Part shown: positions 28,536-42,063 of the stretch, piece after piece
Layout: each line of letters starts with the position of its first letter
How positions within the stretch are numbered: position 1 is the stretch's first letter
From: Acidobacteriota bacterium
GTDB lineage: Bacteria; Acidobacteriota; UBA4820; DSQY01
DNA length: 43,222 nt
Assembly: GCA_049967655.1 (NCBI GenBank)
Contig: JBMFSH010000023.1
Location: 1-43,222, forward strand
Reading direction: 5' to 3'
Position numbers and translations under genes: made by a program
Notes under the pieces: generated by a model
Seen by the model: the letters and a program-made list of their open reading frames with translations, nothing else
Database searches by the model: none
What the model was told of the DNA's origin: nothing

Positions 28536-29466
28536 GGAGATCAAGGATTTCGAAGCCTACCTCCGGGACGAGAGGCGCGTCTCCGACCACACACTGCGCA
28601 ACTACCTCTCCGACCTCGACCAGTTCCGCGCCTTCCTGAAGACGCTGTTCCCGGCGGGCTTCGACCTGAAGTCGGTGGACACCCTGACGCTCAGAGCCTA
28701 TCTGGGATATCTCCACCAGCGGGGGCTGGGAAGGTCCACGGTTATGCGCAAGCTGGCCACCATCCGGAGTTTCTTCCGTTTTCTCCACCGCGACGGGCGG
28801 ATCGCCTTCAACCCGGCGCGGGCCCTGCACACGCCCCGGCAGGTGCGGAAAGTGCCGCGCGTGCTCACGGAGGAGGCGGCCGCCGCGCTCGTGGAGGCGC
28901 CGCTCCAGCCGGACACCAAGACGCTCGCGGGTCTGAGGGACCGGGCTCTGCTGGAACTCCTGTACGCCACCGGCCTGCGGGCCTCCGAGGTCGTGGGCCT
29001 GGACGTGGAGAGGCTCCTGCTCGGCGAGCGTTTGGTGCGCGTGGTGGGCAAGGGGCGGAAGGAGCGGATCGTGCCCTTCGGCGAGCCGGCGGCGCGCGCC
29101 CTGGAGGGCTACCTGGCGGCTCGCGCCGAGGCCGGCAAACTGCGCCCAGGCGGCCCCGTCTTCTGCAACCTGCGCGGCGGTCGGCTCACCTCCCGAAGCC
29201 TCCAGCGTATCGTGGAGCGCTACCTGACGGCCCTTCCCGAGGGGGGCGACGCCTCGCCCCACACGCTCAGGCACTCCTTCGCCACCCACCTGCTGGCGCG
29301 GGGGGCCGACCTCCGAACCATTCAGGAGCTACTCGGCCACGCCAGCCTCTCCACCACGCAGAAGTACACCCACGTGGCCACGGCCCAGCTCAAGGCCGTC
29401 TACGACAAGGCCCATCCGCGAGCCAGGAGAAGGGCGCCGGAAAAGGCCCAGGAGCCCGACGCATGA
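28528..29466 (+). CDS. xerC: Tyrosine recombinase XerC
   Basis: GLRASE, GKGRKER, HTLRHSFATH, LLGHASLSTTQKYTH. Housekeeping context. Confidence 0.9.
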   Translation: MDREIKDFEAYLRDERRVSDHTLRNYLSDLDQFRAFLKTLFPAGFDLKSVDTLTLRAYLGYLHQRGLGRSTVMRKLATIRSFFRFLHRDGRIAFNPARALHTPRQVRKVPRVLTEEAAAALVEAPLQPDTKTLAGLRDRALLELLYATGLRASEVVGLDVERLLLGERLVRVVGKGRKERIVPFGEPAARALEGYLAARAEAGKLRPGGPVFCNLRGGRLTSRSLQRIVERYLTALPEGGDASPHTLRHSFATHLLARGADLRTIQELLGHASLSTTQKYTHVATAQLKAVYDKAHPRARRRAPEKAQEPDA

Positions 29467-30242
29467 ACGTTTATCTGGAGGCCATGGCGGCGGCGGCCCA
29501 GGCCGCAGGCCGGATCTTGAAAAAGGCGAGGGCCGAAGGCCCGGCCTGGATCGAGGAGAAGGGCCAAAACGACTACGTGACCTCGGCGGACAAGGCCTGT
29601 GAGGAGGTCATCCAGACCGCTCTCGCCAAAGCCTTCCCGGGCGTTCCCCTCCTCGCGGAGGAGGGGTCGGGGAGCGCCTCGGGGAAGGAGGGCCTGTTCT
29701 TCTGCGTGGACCCACTGGACGGTACCAACAACTTCGTGCACCGGCTGCCCGTCTACTGCGTGTCGGTGGGGCTGATCGAGGGAGGGCGTCCCAAGCTGGG
29801 CGTGATCTACGATCCCGTCCACGACGAGCTGTTCCGCGGCGGGGAGGGAGAGGGTCCGACGCTGAATGGGCGGCCGTTCGCCACCTCGGGCCGGACCGAT
29901 CCGGGGGGCGCCTTCGTGGCCACGGGCTTCCCCTTCAAGGAGCTGGACCACCTGGACGGTTATATGGGGGGATTCCGCCGGATGGTCCTGGCCACCGCCG
30001 GCATCCGGCGCTGCGGGGCCGCCGCCCTGGATCTCGCCTGGACGGCCTGCGGGCGGTTCGACGGGTTCTGGGAGCGGGGCCTGTGGCCCTGGGACGTGGC
30101 CGCTGGTGCCGCCATCCTCAAGGCCGCGGGCGGGGAGTGCTGCGATTTTTCGGGCGGGTCGGACTACCTCTTCGGCCGAACCATCGTGGCCGGGGCCACG
30201 CCCGCCCTCTGCCGCACCCTGCAGGGGCTGGTGGAGGGATAA
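29463..30242 (+). CDS. suhB: Inositol monophosphatase family
   Basis: VTSAD, AEE, DPLDGTNNF, WDVAAG. Confidence 0.92.
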   Translation: MNVYLEAMAAAAQAAGRILKKARAEGPAWIEEKGQNDYVTSADKACEEVIQTALAKAFPGVPLLAEEGSGSASGKEGLFFCVDPLDGTNNFVHRLPVYCVSVGLIEGGRPKLGVIYDPVHDELFRGGEGEGPTLNGRPFATSGRTDPGGAFVATGFPFKELDHLDGYMGGFRRMVLATAGIRRCGAAALDLAWTACGRFDGFWERGLWPWDVAAGAAILKAAGGECCDFSGGSDYLFGRTIVAGATPALCRTLQGLVEG

Positions 30243-30441
30243 GAAGGCGGCGCCGTCCGGAGGTGCATCGGAGGCCGCCCACCCGGGCCCTTTCCACTGG
30301 CGAGGGCCCGCTTCCTCTCTCAATTCAGAAAGAGGCCTATATTTAGGTGTCGGCTGCTCGTCGGGCTTGGGCTCGACCGACGGGACGCGGGAAGGGGCGC
30401 TCCCGCACTCTGCCGAGAGGCCGCCCGGGGGAGAGGCGAGC

Positions 30442-31548
30442 GTGGAAACGGAAAGCGATCCCATCGAAGGAGAGTGGTACCTGGAAGGGCTCCTCCCCGA
30501 CGGCAAGTCGTGGATCATCCCCCTGGTGCCGCTGCCCTTTCGCATCGGACGGCACGCGGACTGCCATCTCTGCCTCTCATCAAGCAAGATCTCCCGTTTC
30601 CACGCCGAGATCTTCAGCGAAGGCGGGCTCCTCAAGGTGAGGGACCTGAGGAGCACCAACGGCACCTTCGTGAACCGGAAGCGCGTGGTCCGGACCGCCC
30701 CTCTCCGCGGCGGGGACCTGCTGCACGTGGGGGACTCGGCCTTCAGGGTTTCACTCAAGACGGCCGGTGGGCAGGAGGAGGAGACCAGCACCTCCCTTCA
30801 GCTCGCGGAGGTCTTCCAGGACCTCTTCCCGGCCTACGAGCGGCAGATGAAGGAGCTGATCGAGAGCCGCTCGGTCCAGTGCCTCTTCCAGCCCATCCTC
30901 AGGCTGCAGGACCGGGAGCGGGTGGCGTACGAGATCTTCGGCCGCGCCGGTCGGCCCGGACTTCCCTCGAATCCGGGGGCCCTCTTTCGGATCGCCGAGG
31001 GGCTCGGTCTGGGAGCGAGCCTGAGCCGGGTGTTCTGGGAGGAGGGCATCCGGCAGGGCTCGTTCCTGCCAGGTCATCCCACGCTCTACGTCAACCTCCA
31101 CCCCGCCGAGACCTTCCGGCCCGACCTCGCGGATTCCCTTCGCGCCGTGCGCGAGCGCTATCCCGAGACGCTGCTCACGGTGGAGATCAGCGAAAAGGCG
31201 GTGACCGATCTGACGTTGATGAAGAGGCTCCGGGACCGCCTGTCCGAGCTGAAGGTGGGGCTGGCCTACGACGACTTCGGGGCCGGGCAGGCGCGCTTCC
31301 TGGAGCTCATCGAAGTGCCACCCAATGTCCTCAAGTTCGACGTCTCGCTGATCCGCGGCATCCACGAGTCGCCCCGCCGCCGTCTCCACCTGGTGAGGAC
31401 GCTGGTGCGCATGGCTGCGGACATGGGTGTGGCGTCGCTGGCCGAGGGAATCGAGTGTGAAGAGGAGGGGGAGACCTGCTCCCAGTTGGGCTTCCGCTAC
31501 GGCCAGGGGTTCCACTTCGGCAAACCCGCCAGAATCGACGTGGCCTGA
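30442..31548 (+). CDS. FHA + EAL domain c-di-GMP phosphodiesterase
   Basis: FHA motifs IGR, SRFHA, STNGTFVN. EAL motifs FQPI, YEIFGR, VEISE, DDFGAG, LKFD, AEGIE, QGF. Confidence 0.9.
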   Translation: METESDPIEGEWYLEGLLPDGKSWIIPLVPLPFRIGRHADCHLCLSSSKISRFHAEIFSEGGLLKVRDLRSTNGTFVNRKRVVRTAPLRGGDLLHVGDSAFRVSLKTAGGQEEETSTSLQLAEVFQDLFPAYERQMKELIESRSVQCLFQPILRLQDRERVAYEIFGRAGRPGLPSNPGALFRIAEGLGLGASLSRVFWEEGIRQGSFLPGHPTLYVNLHPAETFRPDLADSLRAVRERYPETLLTVEISEKAVTDLTLMKRLRDRLSELKVGLAYDDFGAGQARFLELIEVPPNVLKFDVSLIRGIHESPRRRLHLVRTLVRMAADMGVASLAEGIECEEEGETCSQLGFRYGQGFHFGKPARIDVA

Positions 31549-31665
31549 GGCGTCGGGGCCTCGAAGCGCCGGCCCCAAGTGCGGAGGCGCTCAGCCGCGG
31601 CGCGGCCGTCGAAGGGCGTCGTCCCCCGCATCCGCCTCTTCTCGCCCGAAGCTTGCAGCGAAACG

Positions 31666-33615
<1,950 letters not shown>

Positions 33616-33672
33616 CGTGGAAGGCCTCCAGTGGATACGATGCCTCAAACCGGTGGGGTTGTAAATTGTTTG

Positions 33673-33700
33673 GGGGACAGGGGACAGGGGACAGGGGACA
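33673..33700 (+). repeat. (GGGGACA)x4 heptamer tandem repeat
   Basis: Four exact copies in the divergent intergenic region. Confidence 0.9.
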
Positions 33701-33840
33701 GGAAGCGACAACTGCACGGCCTACCAGTCCCTTTCGGCATCTCCTCATCTCCTCATCCCCTCATCACGACCCGACAAGAAACGCGGCAAAAGAGATCGTG
33801 TCCTGGTGACAATGTGTTGGGGGACGTCCTGGGTTGCTGA

Positions 33841-33849
33841 TGGTATACT
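33841..33849 (+). promoter_or_regulatory. Extended -10 promoter for the signalling operon
   Basis: TGgTATACT about 60 nt upstream of ATG 33910. Confidence 0.5.
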
Positions 33850-33909
33850 ATTCACCATAGGACTTTGCCCGGCAAGGGCGCGAGCAGGGGGAGCGCCCGA
33901 GGAGCCAAG

Positions 33910-34554
33910 ATGGCCCACAATCCAACCTCGCGAAACGTGGCCTACATCATCGTCTGTCCCACCTGCCGGAACTCCTTCGATGCGATGCAGGCCCCCTGGT
34001 GCTCCTGCCTGACCACGGCGCGGACCTTCGTCTGCCCCTCCTGCCTGAACTGCTTCTGCCAGGCCCCACGGGGGTATAAGGACCGCTTCTGGTCCCAGGC
34101 CCCGCCCGAACTCTGGCGGCGCAAGATGGAGGAGCGGGGCCTCCCCTTCCAGCCGGAGGCGCCGCCCGGCCCGGAGGCGGTGGTCCGGCCGCTGGTGCTC
34201 GTGGCCGACGATGAACGCGAGATCCAGCGGATCGCCTCCGGCGCCGTGATGAGCCTGGGGTACTCCCTCCTTGTGGCCCGCGACGGCCAGGAGGCCCTGG
34301 AGCTGGCCCGGCGGTACCTGCCGGACCTGGTCCTCACCGACGCCCTCATGCCCAAGGTGGATGGGCGGGAGGTCTGCCGCCGGCTCAAGAGCGATCCCGC
34401 GACGGGGGCCATCAAGGTCGTCGTCATGACCTCGGCCTTCACGGCCGGCCAGTACAAAACCGAAGCCATGAAGCAGTTTCGCGTGGACGACTATTTGGCC
34501 AAGCCGGTGGACTTCAAGACCCTCAGGGCCCTCCTGCAGAAGCACCTGGGCTAG
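33910..34554 (+). CDS. Response regulator with N-terminal 8-cysteine domain
   Basis: CPTC-x11-CSC-x8-CPSCLNCFC, then a REC domain (VADD, LTDALMP, YLAKP). SD GAGGAG. Confidence 0.88.
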   Translation: MAHNPTSRNVAYIIVCPTCRNSFDAMQAPWCSCLTTARTFVCPSCLNCFCQAPRGYKDRFWSQAPPELWRRKMEERGLPFQPEAPPGPEAVVRPLVLVADDEREIQRIASGAVMSLGYSLLVARDGQEALELARRYLPDLVLTDALMPKVDGREVCRRLKSDPATGAIKVVVMTSAFTAGQYKTEAMKQFRVDDYLAKPVDFKTLRALLQKHLG

Positions 34555-34595
34555 GGGACCTTCGGAGTGGAGTACCGGACCGGCCAGAGGGAAAC

Positions 34596-36245
34596 ATGGA
34601 ATCGTGGGACGCCCAAATCGCCTCGCTCAGGGAGCAGTTCCTGCAGGGAGCGCCGGAGCGCATCAGCCAGCTCAGGCGGAGTCTTGATCTGCTGGCGGCC
34701 AATCCCGCCGACCAGGACGCCCTTCGGGATCTCCAACTGGGCTTCCACAAGCTGGCGGGATTGGGTACTACCTTCGGTTTCCCCGAGGTCACGGAGGCGG
34801 GACAGGCCGGCGAGGCCGAGGCGGGGCGGCTGATCCAGGCCGCCCTGCTCCCCGACGCCCGGCAGATCGGCGGCTGGGGCCAGCTCGTGGACAGGCTGGA
34901 GGAGGTACTCTTCCGGACCGCTCCAGCGGCCGCGCCCGCCGCCGCAGATTCGCCAGTCGCCGAGTCCCGCCGCGAACAGCCCTACAAGATCGTGGTGGTG
35001 GAGGACGATGCCGAATTCGCCTCCGCGCTCGGGACCGTGCTGGAGCAGAGGGGCATGACGGTGGCCCTGGCGAAGGGGGCGGCGGAGGCCCGGGGATTGC
35101 TCGAACGAGACCTCCCCGATGCCGTGGTGACCGACATCCGGCTGGGCGACGGCTCGGGATTCGAGTTGGTTCGCTGGTTCAGGCTGCAGCCTGGCGGGGA
35201 GAGCCCGGCGGTGCTGGTCGTGAGCGTCTTGAGCGACTTTCTCGACCGGGTCGAGGCGGTCCACTGTGGGGCCGACGCCTACTTCGCCAAACCGGTCCGG
35301 TGGGAGGAGCTTGTGAAGCGGCTGGAGGGCTTCCTGGAAGACCGCCGGACCCAGCCACCGAGGATTCTGTCGGTGGAGGACGACCCCCTGGAGGGTAGGC
35401 TCCTGGCCGCCATCTTCGAAAGCGCCGGCTACCGCTTCAGGCTGTGCAGCGACCCGGGAAGGCTGGAGGCTGAGCTCGCCGCCTTCCGCCCCGACCTGCT
35501 GCTCATGGATGTGCTCCTGCCAGGCCTCTCCGGCTTCTCCCTCGTGCGCTACCTACGGCAGTCCGAGGCCTTCGCGACCCTACCCGTGATCTTTCTCACC
35601 ACGCAGGGCCAGCTCAGGGACCAGATTCAGGCGCTGAGGGCGGGCGGCGACGCCTACCTGACCAAGCCCGTAAACCCATCGCTCCTGCTGGCGTCTGTTG
35701 CATCGCAGCTGGAGAAGGCCCGGCAGCTCAGCCGCCTCGTGGACCACGACGGGCTGACGGGTCTGCTGACCCACTCGGCCTTCTTCGATCGCGCCGCGGC
35801 CGTCTACTCTCGGCGGGCCAGACCCAGGGGCCGGGGTGTGGTGTTGGCCATGCTCGACCTGGATCACTTCAAGGAGATCAACGACCGCTGGGGCCACCTG
35901 GCTGGCGATCGCGTTTTGGTGGCCCTCGCCGGACTCCTGCGGCAGCGCCTCAGGCAGTCCGACGTGATCGGCCGTTACGGGGGGGAGGAGTTCGCGCTGA
36001 TCCTGGAAGATCTGACCGGCGAGGAGGCGCTCCGGCTCGTGCGGCGGCTGCTCGGGGAATTCAGCGCCACGGCCGTGTCCATCCCCGGCGGGGGAAGCGT
36101 CCGGGCCAGCTTCAGCGCGGGTTTGGCCCTCCTCGCCCCCTCCCTGGCCGGAGTGGATGCGTGGATCGAGGCCGCCGATGAGGCCCTCTACGCGGCCAAG
36201 GTTCAGGGCCGGCAGCGGGTGGTCCTGGTGAAGGGGACGCCGTGA
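34596..36245 (+). CDS. Hpt-REC-REC-GGDEF diguanylate cyclase
   Basis: Hpt FHKLAG. Two REC domains with phospho-Asp (VTDIRL, LMDVLLP). DGLTGL, DLDHFKEIND, I-site RQSD, GGEEF. Confidence 0.93.
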   Translation: MESWDAQIASLREQFLQGAPERISQLRRSLDLLAANPADQDALRDLQLGFHKLAGLGTTFGFPEVTEAGQAGEAEAGRLIQAALLPDARQIGGWGQLVDRLEEVLFRTAPAAAPAAADSPVAESRREQPYKIVVVEDDAEFASALGTVLEQRGMTVALAKGAAEARGLLERDLPDAVVTDIRLGDGSGFELVRWFRLQPGGESPAVLVVSVLSDFLDRVEAVHCGADAYFAKPVRWEELVKRLEGFLEDRRTQPPRILSVEDDPLEGRLLAAIFESAGYRFRLCSDPGRLEAELAAFRPDLLLMDVLLPGLSGFSLVRYLRQSEAFATLPVIFLTTQGQLRDQIQALRAGGDAYLTKPVNPSLLLASVASQLEKARQLSRLVDHDGLTGLLTHSAFFDRAAAVYSRRARPRGRGVVLAMLDLDHFKEINDRWGHLAGDRVLVALAGLLRQRLRQSDVIGRYGGEEFALILEDLTGEEALRLVRRLLGEFSATAVSIPGGGSVRASFSAGLALLAPSLAGVDAWIEAADEALYAAKVQGRQRVVLVKGTP

Positions 36246-39200
36246 AGCAGCCCTCCTATGGGGAAGGCCCCGGCCGGAGGGAGGAGCTGGCTCGCCTCCG
36301 AAAGAGCGAAGCACGGCTCAGGGCCATCTTGCAGCAGGCCTCGGACGGCATCGTCACGGCCAGCGAGGAGGGGGTGATTGAGTCTTTCAACCCGGCGGCG
36401 GAGCGGATCTTCGGCTGGAGCGCCGAGGAGATCGTGGGCCAACCCCTCTCGCTCCTCATGTCCGAACCCGATCGCGGTGAGCACCGCGGTTACATCGAGC
36501 GCTATCTTCGAACCGGCGAAGCCCACGTCATAGGGACCACGGTCCTGGTGGAGGCGCGGCGCAAGGACGGGGCGGTCTTCCCGATGGAATTGAGCGTCAG
36601 CGAGGTTCGGTTCGAAGAGGGGCGGTTCTTTTTGGGCATCCTTCGCGACGCTTCGGCCTCTCAGTCCGCCCAGGAGGCCTTGGCTGACTCCACGGAACGG
36701 CTGCAGACGGTGCTGAATGCGGCCACGGAACTGGCTATCATTACGACCGACCCAAAAGGAACCATCACCCTCTTCAACCGGGGCGCCGAACGGATGCTCG
36801 GATTTACGGCACAAGAGGTGGTGGGCGAGGCTTCTCCGCTGATCTTCCACCGCGCCGACGAGGTGGAGGCGTGCGGCCGCAGTCTGAACCTCCCTGCCGG
36901 TGACCAGATCCAGGGCTTCGCCGTGTTTGAGGAGTGGGCAAGGGGAGGCCGGCGCGGGGAGCGGGAGTGGACTTGGCTGAGGAAAGACGGGCACAGGCTG
37001 CTGGTCCTCTGCACCATCACGCCACTCTATGACGCCAAGGGACTGCCGGCTGGCTACCTTTGGATCGGACGCGACGTGACGCAGATCCGGCGCCAGGAGA
37101 TGGAGCTTCGCGACAGCGAGGAGCGATACCGGTCGATCATCGGCGCGCTGCGGGAGGGGGTCGTCCTGCTGGGAGACGACGGCAGAATCCTGGCTTGCAA
37201 CGCGAGCGCCGAGCGCATCCTGGGGTTGGCACCCGGACAGCTCGAGGGACTCAGCTCCCTGGATTCCATGTGGCAGACCCTGCACGAGGATGGATCCCCG
37301 TTCCCCGTGGAGCGACACCCGGCGACCCTCACCTTGAAAACGGGAATACCGCTCTCAGAGGTGGTGATGGGGGTGCACCGGCCAGACGGCTCCCTTGCCT
37401 GGATCGCCATCAACTCCCGTCCCATGGTTCGCTCGCCAGGCGGCTCCCCCTACGCCGTCGTGGTCTCCTTCACGGACATCACGGAGAGAAAGAATCAGGA
37501 AAAGGCCCTCAAGGAGAGCGAGGAACGCTTCCGCACCCTGGCCACCGCCTCGCCGGTCGGTGTGTTCCAAACCGACGCGGAGGGGCAGTGCCTCTATACG
37601 AATCCGCGCTGGTGCGAGATCACAGGGCTCACTCGAGAGGCGAGCCTTGGGGTGGGCTGGATCCGGGCTGTCCATCCGGATGACCAGGACGACCTCCTCA
37701 TAGCCTGGCGGCGGGCACTGCTCTGGGGCAAGGAACTGGTGCACGAATTCCGTTTTCGTCATCCCGGTGGCGAGGTGCGCTGGGTGCTGGCGAGAGCGGC
37801 GGCCGTGCGGTCCGAGGGAAATTCGATCCGTGGCTACGTGGGCACCGCCGAGGACATCACCGACCGCAAGCGGGCTGAGGAGGCCCTCAGGGACAGCGAG
37901 GCCCGCACCCGTGCCATCATCGAACAACTCCTGGGGGGCCTCATCACCATCACGGAGGAGGGGATCATCGAGTCGGCCAACCCTTCGGCCCAACGCATGT
38001 TCGGGTACACCGAAGAGGAGTTGGTGGGGCGTCATCTCTCGCTTCTGCTGCCCGAGACGGCGGGGGAGGACCCGAAGGAGTTCCTACGGCGCGCCCACCG
38101 GCAGTCCATCGGACGGGTGACTGAATGGGAGGCTCGGCGAAGAAGCGGTGCGGTCTTCCCCGTCGAGGTCTCTCTCTTTGAGTTCCAGACGCCGCAAGGA
38201 CGGCGCTTCGCAGGGGACGTCAGGGACCTGACGCAGCTCAAGGAGGTGGAGCGGCTCAAGCGAGAATTCGTCTCCACCGTGAGCCACGAGCTTCGGACGC
38301 CGCTCACTTCGATCCGAGGCTCTTTGGGGCTTCTAGCCGGCGGAGCCGCCGGGCCGCTTCCAGAGAAAGCCGGGGAGTTGGTCTCCATCGCGCTGAAAAA
38401 CAGCGAACGGCTGATCTTGCTCATCAACGACATCCTGGACCTGGAGAAGATCGAATCGGGACGGATGGACTTCACCATCCAGACCGTCGATGTGATGACG
38501 AGCGTTGAGCTGGCCTTGGCCACCAATGAGGCCTATGCGAGCCAGTTTGGAGTACGACTCGCCCTGGTCAAGGCCGCTCCGGGCTGCCAGATCCTGGCCG
38601 ATCCCAACCGCCTGGCCCAGGTGATGGCCAACCTTCTCTCCAACGCCTGCAAATTTTCTCCGCCGGATGGCACGGTAGACGTATCGGTGGAGGAGGTGCA
38701 AGGGATGGTGCGCATCTCCGTGACCGACCACGGCCCTGGCATTCCGGAGCAGTTCCGCGACCGCATTTTCCAGCGCTTTGCCCAGGCCGATGCCTCGGAT
38801 GACCGAAAGAAAGGGGGGACGGGTTTGGGGCTAAACATCAGCAAGGCCATCGTGGAGCACATGGGGGGGCGGATCGGCTTCGATACGGAAACGGGACGCG
38901 GAACGACCTTCTATTTTGACCTTCCAGCCGCCGGGAGCAGCGGGCTAGGCAGCCTTATGCCGGATCAAGGCGGGAGGCCGGTCCTGATTTGCGTCAAAGA
39001 CGTCGAGACCGGCCGGATTCTCCAGGAGACCCTGGCTCAGGAGGGGTACGCGGTGGAAAGCGCGCGCACGCTTTGGGAGGCCCGGGGCCGGATTGAGCGG
39101 TTACCGTTCGGCGCCCTCCTTCTGAGCCCTGAACTTCCCGACGGAGATGGTCTGACCTTCGTGCGAAACCTGAGAGCCAGCGACGCGGGCCGCTCCCTCC

Positions 39201-39733
39201 CCGTCGTTATGATCTCGGAAGCCAGACCTGGGCCCAACGAGCCCTTGGCGGGGGAGGCCCTCCTCGTCCTCGACTGGCTCAGCCCTCCCCTGGACCGGGT
39301 CCGGCTCGCCTCCGCCATCCACCAGGCAGCCCGCCTTGGGAGGACGAAGGAGCGGCCCCGCATTCTGCACGTGGAGGACGATCCCGATGTGGTGAGGGTG
39401 CTCGCCGTGGTGCTGGCGGGCGAAGCCGGGGTGGCGTCGGCCCGTACCCTTGAGGAGGCGCGGAGGTTGCTCGCCGAGGAACGATTCGATGCCGTCATCC
39501 TCGATCTGGACCTGCCCGATGGCACGGGATTGGACCTCCTGCCTGAACTTAAGGCGCGCGATGGAAGGACGCTGCCGGTCATCATCTTCTCGGCTGCCGA
39601 ACTGCCGAGGGAGTTGGCCCGCAGGGTCGGCGCGGCCCTGGTCAAGTCCAGAAGCACCAATCAAGATCTTGTCGCCGCGGTCCACGCGCTGCTTCGAGGC
39701 GGAGGCAGGGCGGCCGGGAACGGCCAGGAGTAG
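36242..39733 (+). CDS. Cytoplasmic hybrid histidine kinase: 5 PAS, HisKA/HATPase, pseudo-REC, REC
   Basis: Five PAS/PAC repeats, SHELRTPL, NLLSNA, DHGPGI, GGTGLGL. First REC lacks its Asp residues; second has VEDD and LDLDLPD. Confidence 0.93.
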   Translation: MKQPSYGEGPGRREELARLRKSEARLRAILQQASDGIVTASEEGVIESFNPAAERIFGWSAEEIVGQPLSLLMSEPDRGEHRGYIERYLRTGEAHVIGTTVLVEARRKDGAVFPMELSVSEVRFEEGRFFLGILRDASASQSAQEALADSTERLQTVLNAATELAIITTDPKGTITLFNRGAERMLGFTAQEVVGEASPLIFHRADEVEACGRSLNLPAGDQIQGFAVFEEWARGGRRGEREWTWLRKDGHRLLVLCTITPLYDAKGLPAGYLWIGRDVTQIRRQEMELRDSEERYRSIIGALREGVVLLGDDGRILACNASAERILGLAPGQLEGLSSLDSMWQTLHEDGSPFPVERHPATLTLKTGIPLSEVVMGVHRPDGSLAWIAINSRPMVRSPGGSPYAVVVSFTDITERKNQEKALKESEERFRTLATASPVGVFQTDAEGQCLYTNPRWCEITGLTREASLGVGWIRAVHPDDQDDLLIAWRRALLWGKELVHEFRFRHPGGEVRWVLARAAAVRSEGNSIRGYVGTAEDITDRKRAEEALRDSEARTRAIIEQLLGGLITITEEGIIESANPSAQRMFGYTEEELVGRHLSLLLPETAGEDPKEFLRRAHRQSIGRVTEWEARRRSGAVFPVEVSLFEFQTPQGRRFAGDVRDLTQLKEVERLKREFVSTVSHELRTPLTSIRGSLGLLAGGAAGPLPEKAGELVSIALKNSERLILLINDILDLEKIESGRMDFTIQTVDVMTSVELALATNEAYASQFGVRLALVKAAPGCQILADPNRLAQVMANLLSNACKFSPPDGTVDVSVEEVQGMVRISVTDHGPGIPEQFRDRIFQRFAQADASDDRKKGGTGLGLNISKAIVEHMGGRIGFDTETGRGTTFYFDLPAAGSSGLGSLMPDQGGRPVLICVKDVETGRILQETLAQEGYAVESARTLWEARGRIERLPFGALLLSPELPDGDGLTFVRNLRASDAGRSLPVVMISEARPGPNEPLAGEALLVLDWLSPPLDRVRLASAIHQAARLGRTKERPRILHVEDDPDVVRVLAVVLAGEAGVASARTLEEARRLLAEERFDAVILDLDLPDGTGLDLLPELKARDGRTLPVIIFSAAELPRELARRVGAALVKSRSTNQDLVAAVHALLRGGGRAAGNGQE

Positions 39734-39736
39734 TGT

Positions 39737-40126
39737 ATGGACGCATCTCCGTTGGTTCGAATCCTGCACGTCGAGGACGACACCGATATCCAGGCCATCG
39801 CGCGTCTCGCCCTCGCCGGGGTGGGAGGCTTGGAGGTGGAGACGTGCGGTACGGGGGAGGAGGCCCTGCGCCTTGCCGTGACGTTCCAACCCGACTTGAT
39901 CCTCCTGGATGTGATGATGCCGGACATGGACGGAGTGACCACGCTGAGAAAGCTGCGCCAGAATCCACAAACGCAGGCCGTGCCGGTGGTATTCATGACC
40001 GCCAAGGTTCAGATGGAGGAGATGGCGCGCTTGAAGGCGGAGGGCGCCCTCGACGTCCTCGTGAAGCCCTTCGACCCCATGACCCTGGCCGACCAGCTGA
40101 GGCGGATCTGGGCGCGGCGCAGGTAG
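39737..40126 (+). CDS. Single-domain response regulator
   Basis: HVEDD, LLDVMMP, FMTA, VKP. Confidence 0.93.
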   Translation: MDASPLVRILHVEDDTDIQAIARLALAGVGGLEVETCGTGEEALRLAVTFQPDLILLDVMMPDMDGVTTLRKLRQNPQTQAVPVVFMTAKVQMEEMARLKAEGALDVLVKPFDPMTLADQLRRIWARRR

Positions 40127-40284
40127 GACTGGACGCTGATGAGTTAGCGCCAGGTGTCTAAGACCGAGCGCCGAAGCAGGTTTTCTGCTCATCACCACGA
40201 ACCCTTACGGGCGAGAGGCGGCGTGAGGGCGGCTCGCCCTTTGGGGGATCGCGGGTTGAAGGCATCCTCCGAGCCGCTCTATGG

Positions 40285-40293
40285 TGCTACAAT
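40285..40293 (+). promoter_or_regulatory. Extended -10 promoter of glnS
   Basis: TGcTACAAT about 43 nt upstream of ATG 40336. Confidence 0.5.
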
Positions 40294-40335
40294 CATTCGT
40301 GCCCGGCCCGCGCGCGGGCCGCCGAGGGGAAGACC

Positions 40336-42063
<1,728 letters not shown>

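Noticed and set aside
28528..29466. Tyrosine recombinase as a prophage, integron or ICE integrase
   Set aside because: XerC-like length and motifs, overlapping rdgB and suhB, no integron-integrase insertion, and no att sites or cargo seen.
33720..33909. c-di-GMP riboswitch upstream of the signalling operon
   Set aside because: Only an isolated GGCAAA. The GNRA/receptor two-stem GEMM architecture is not evident.
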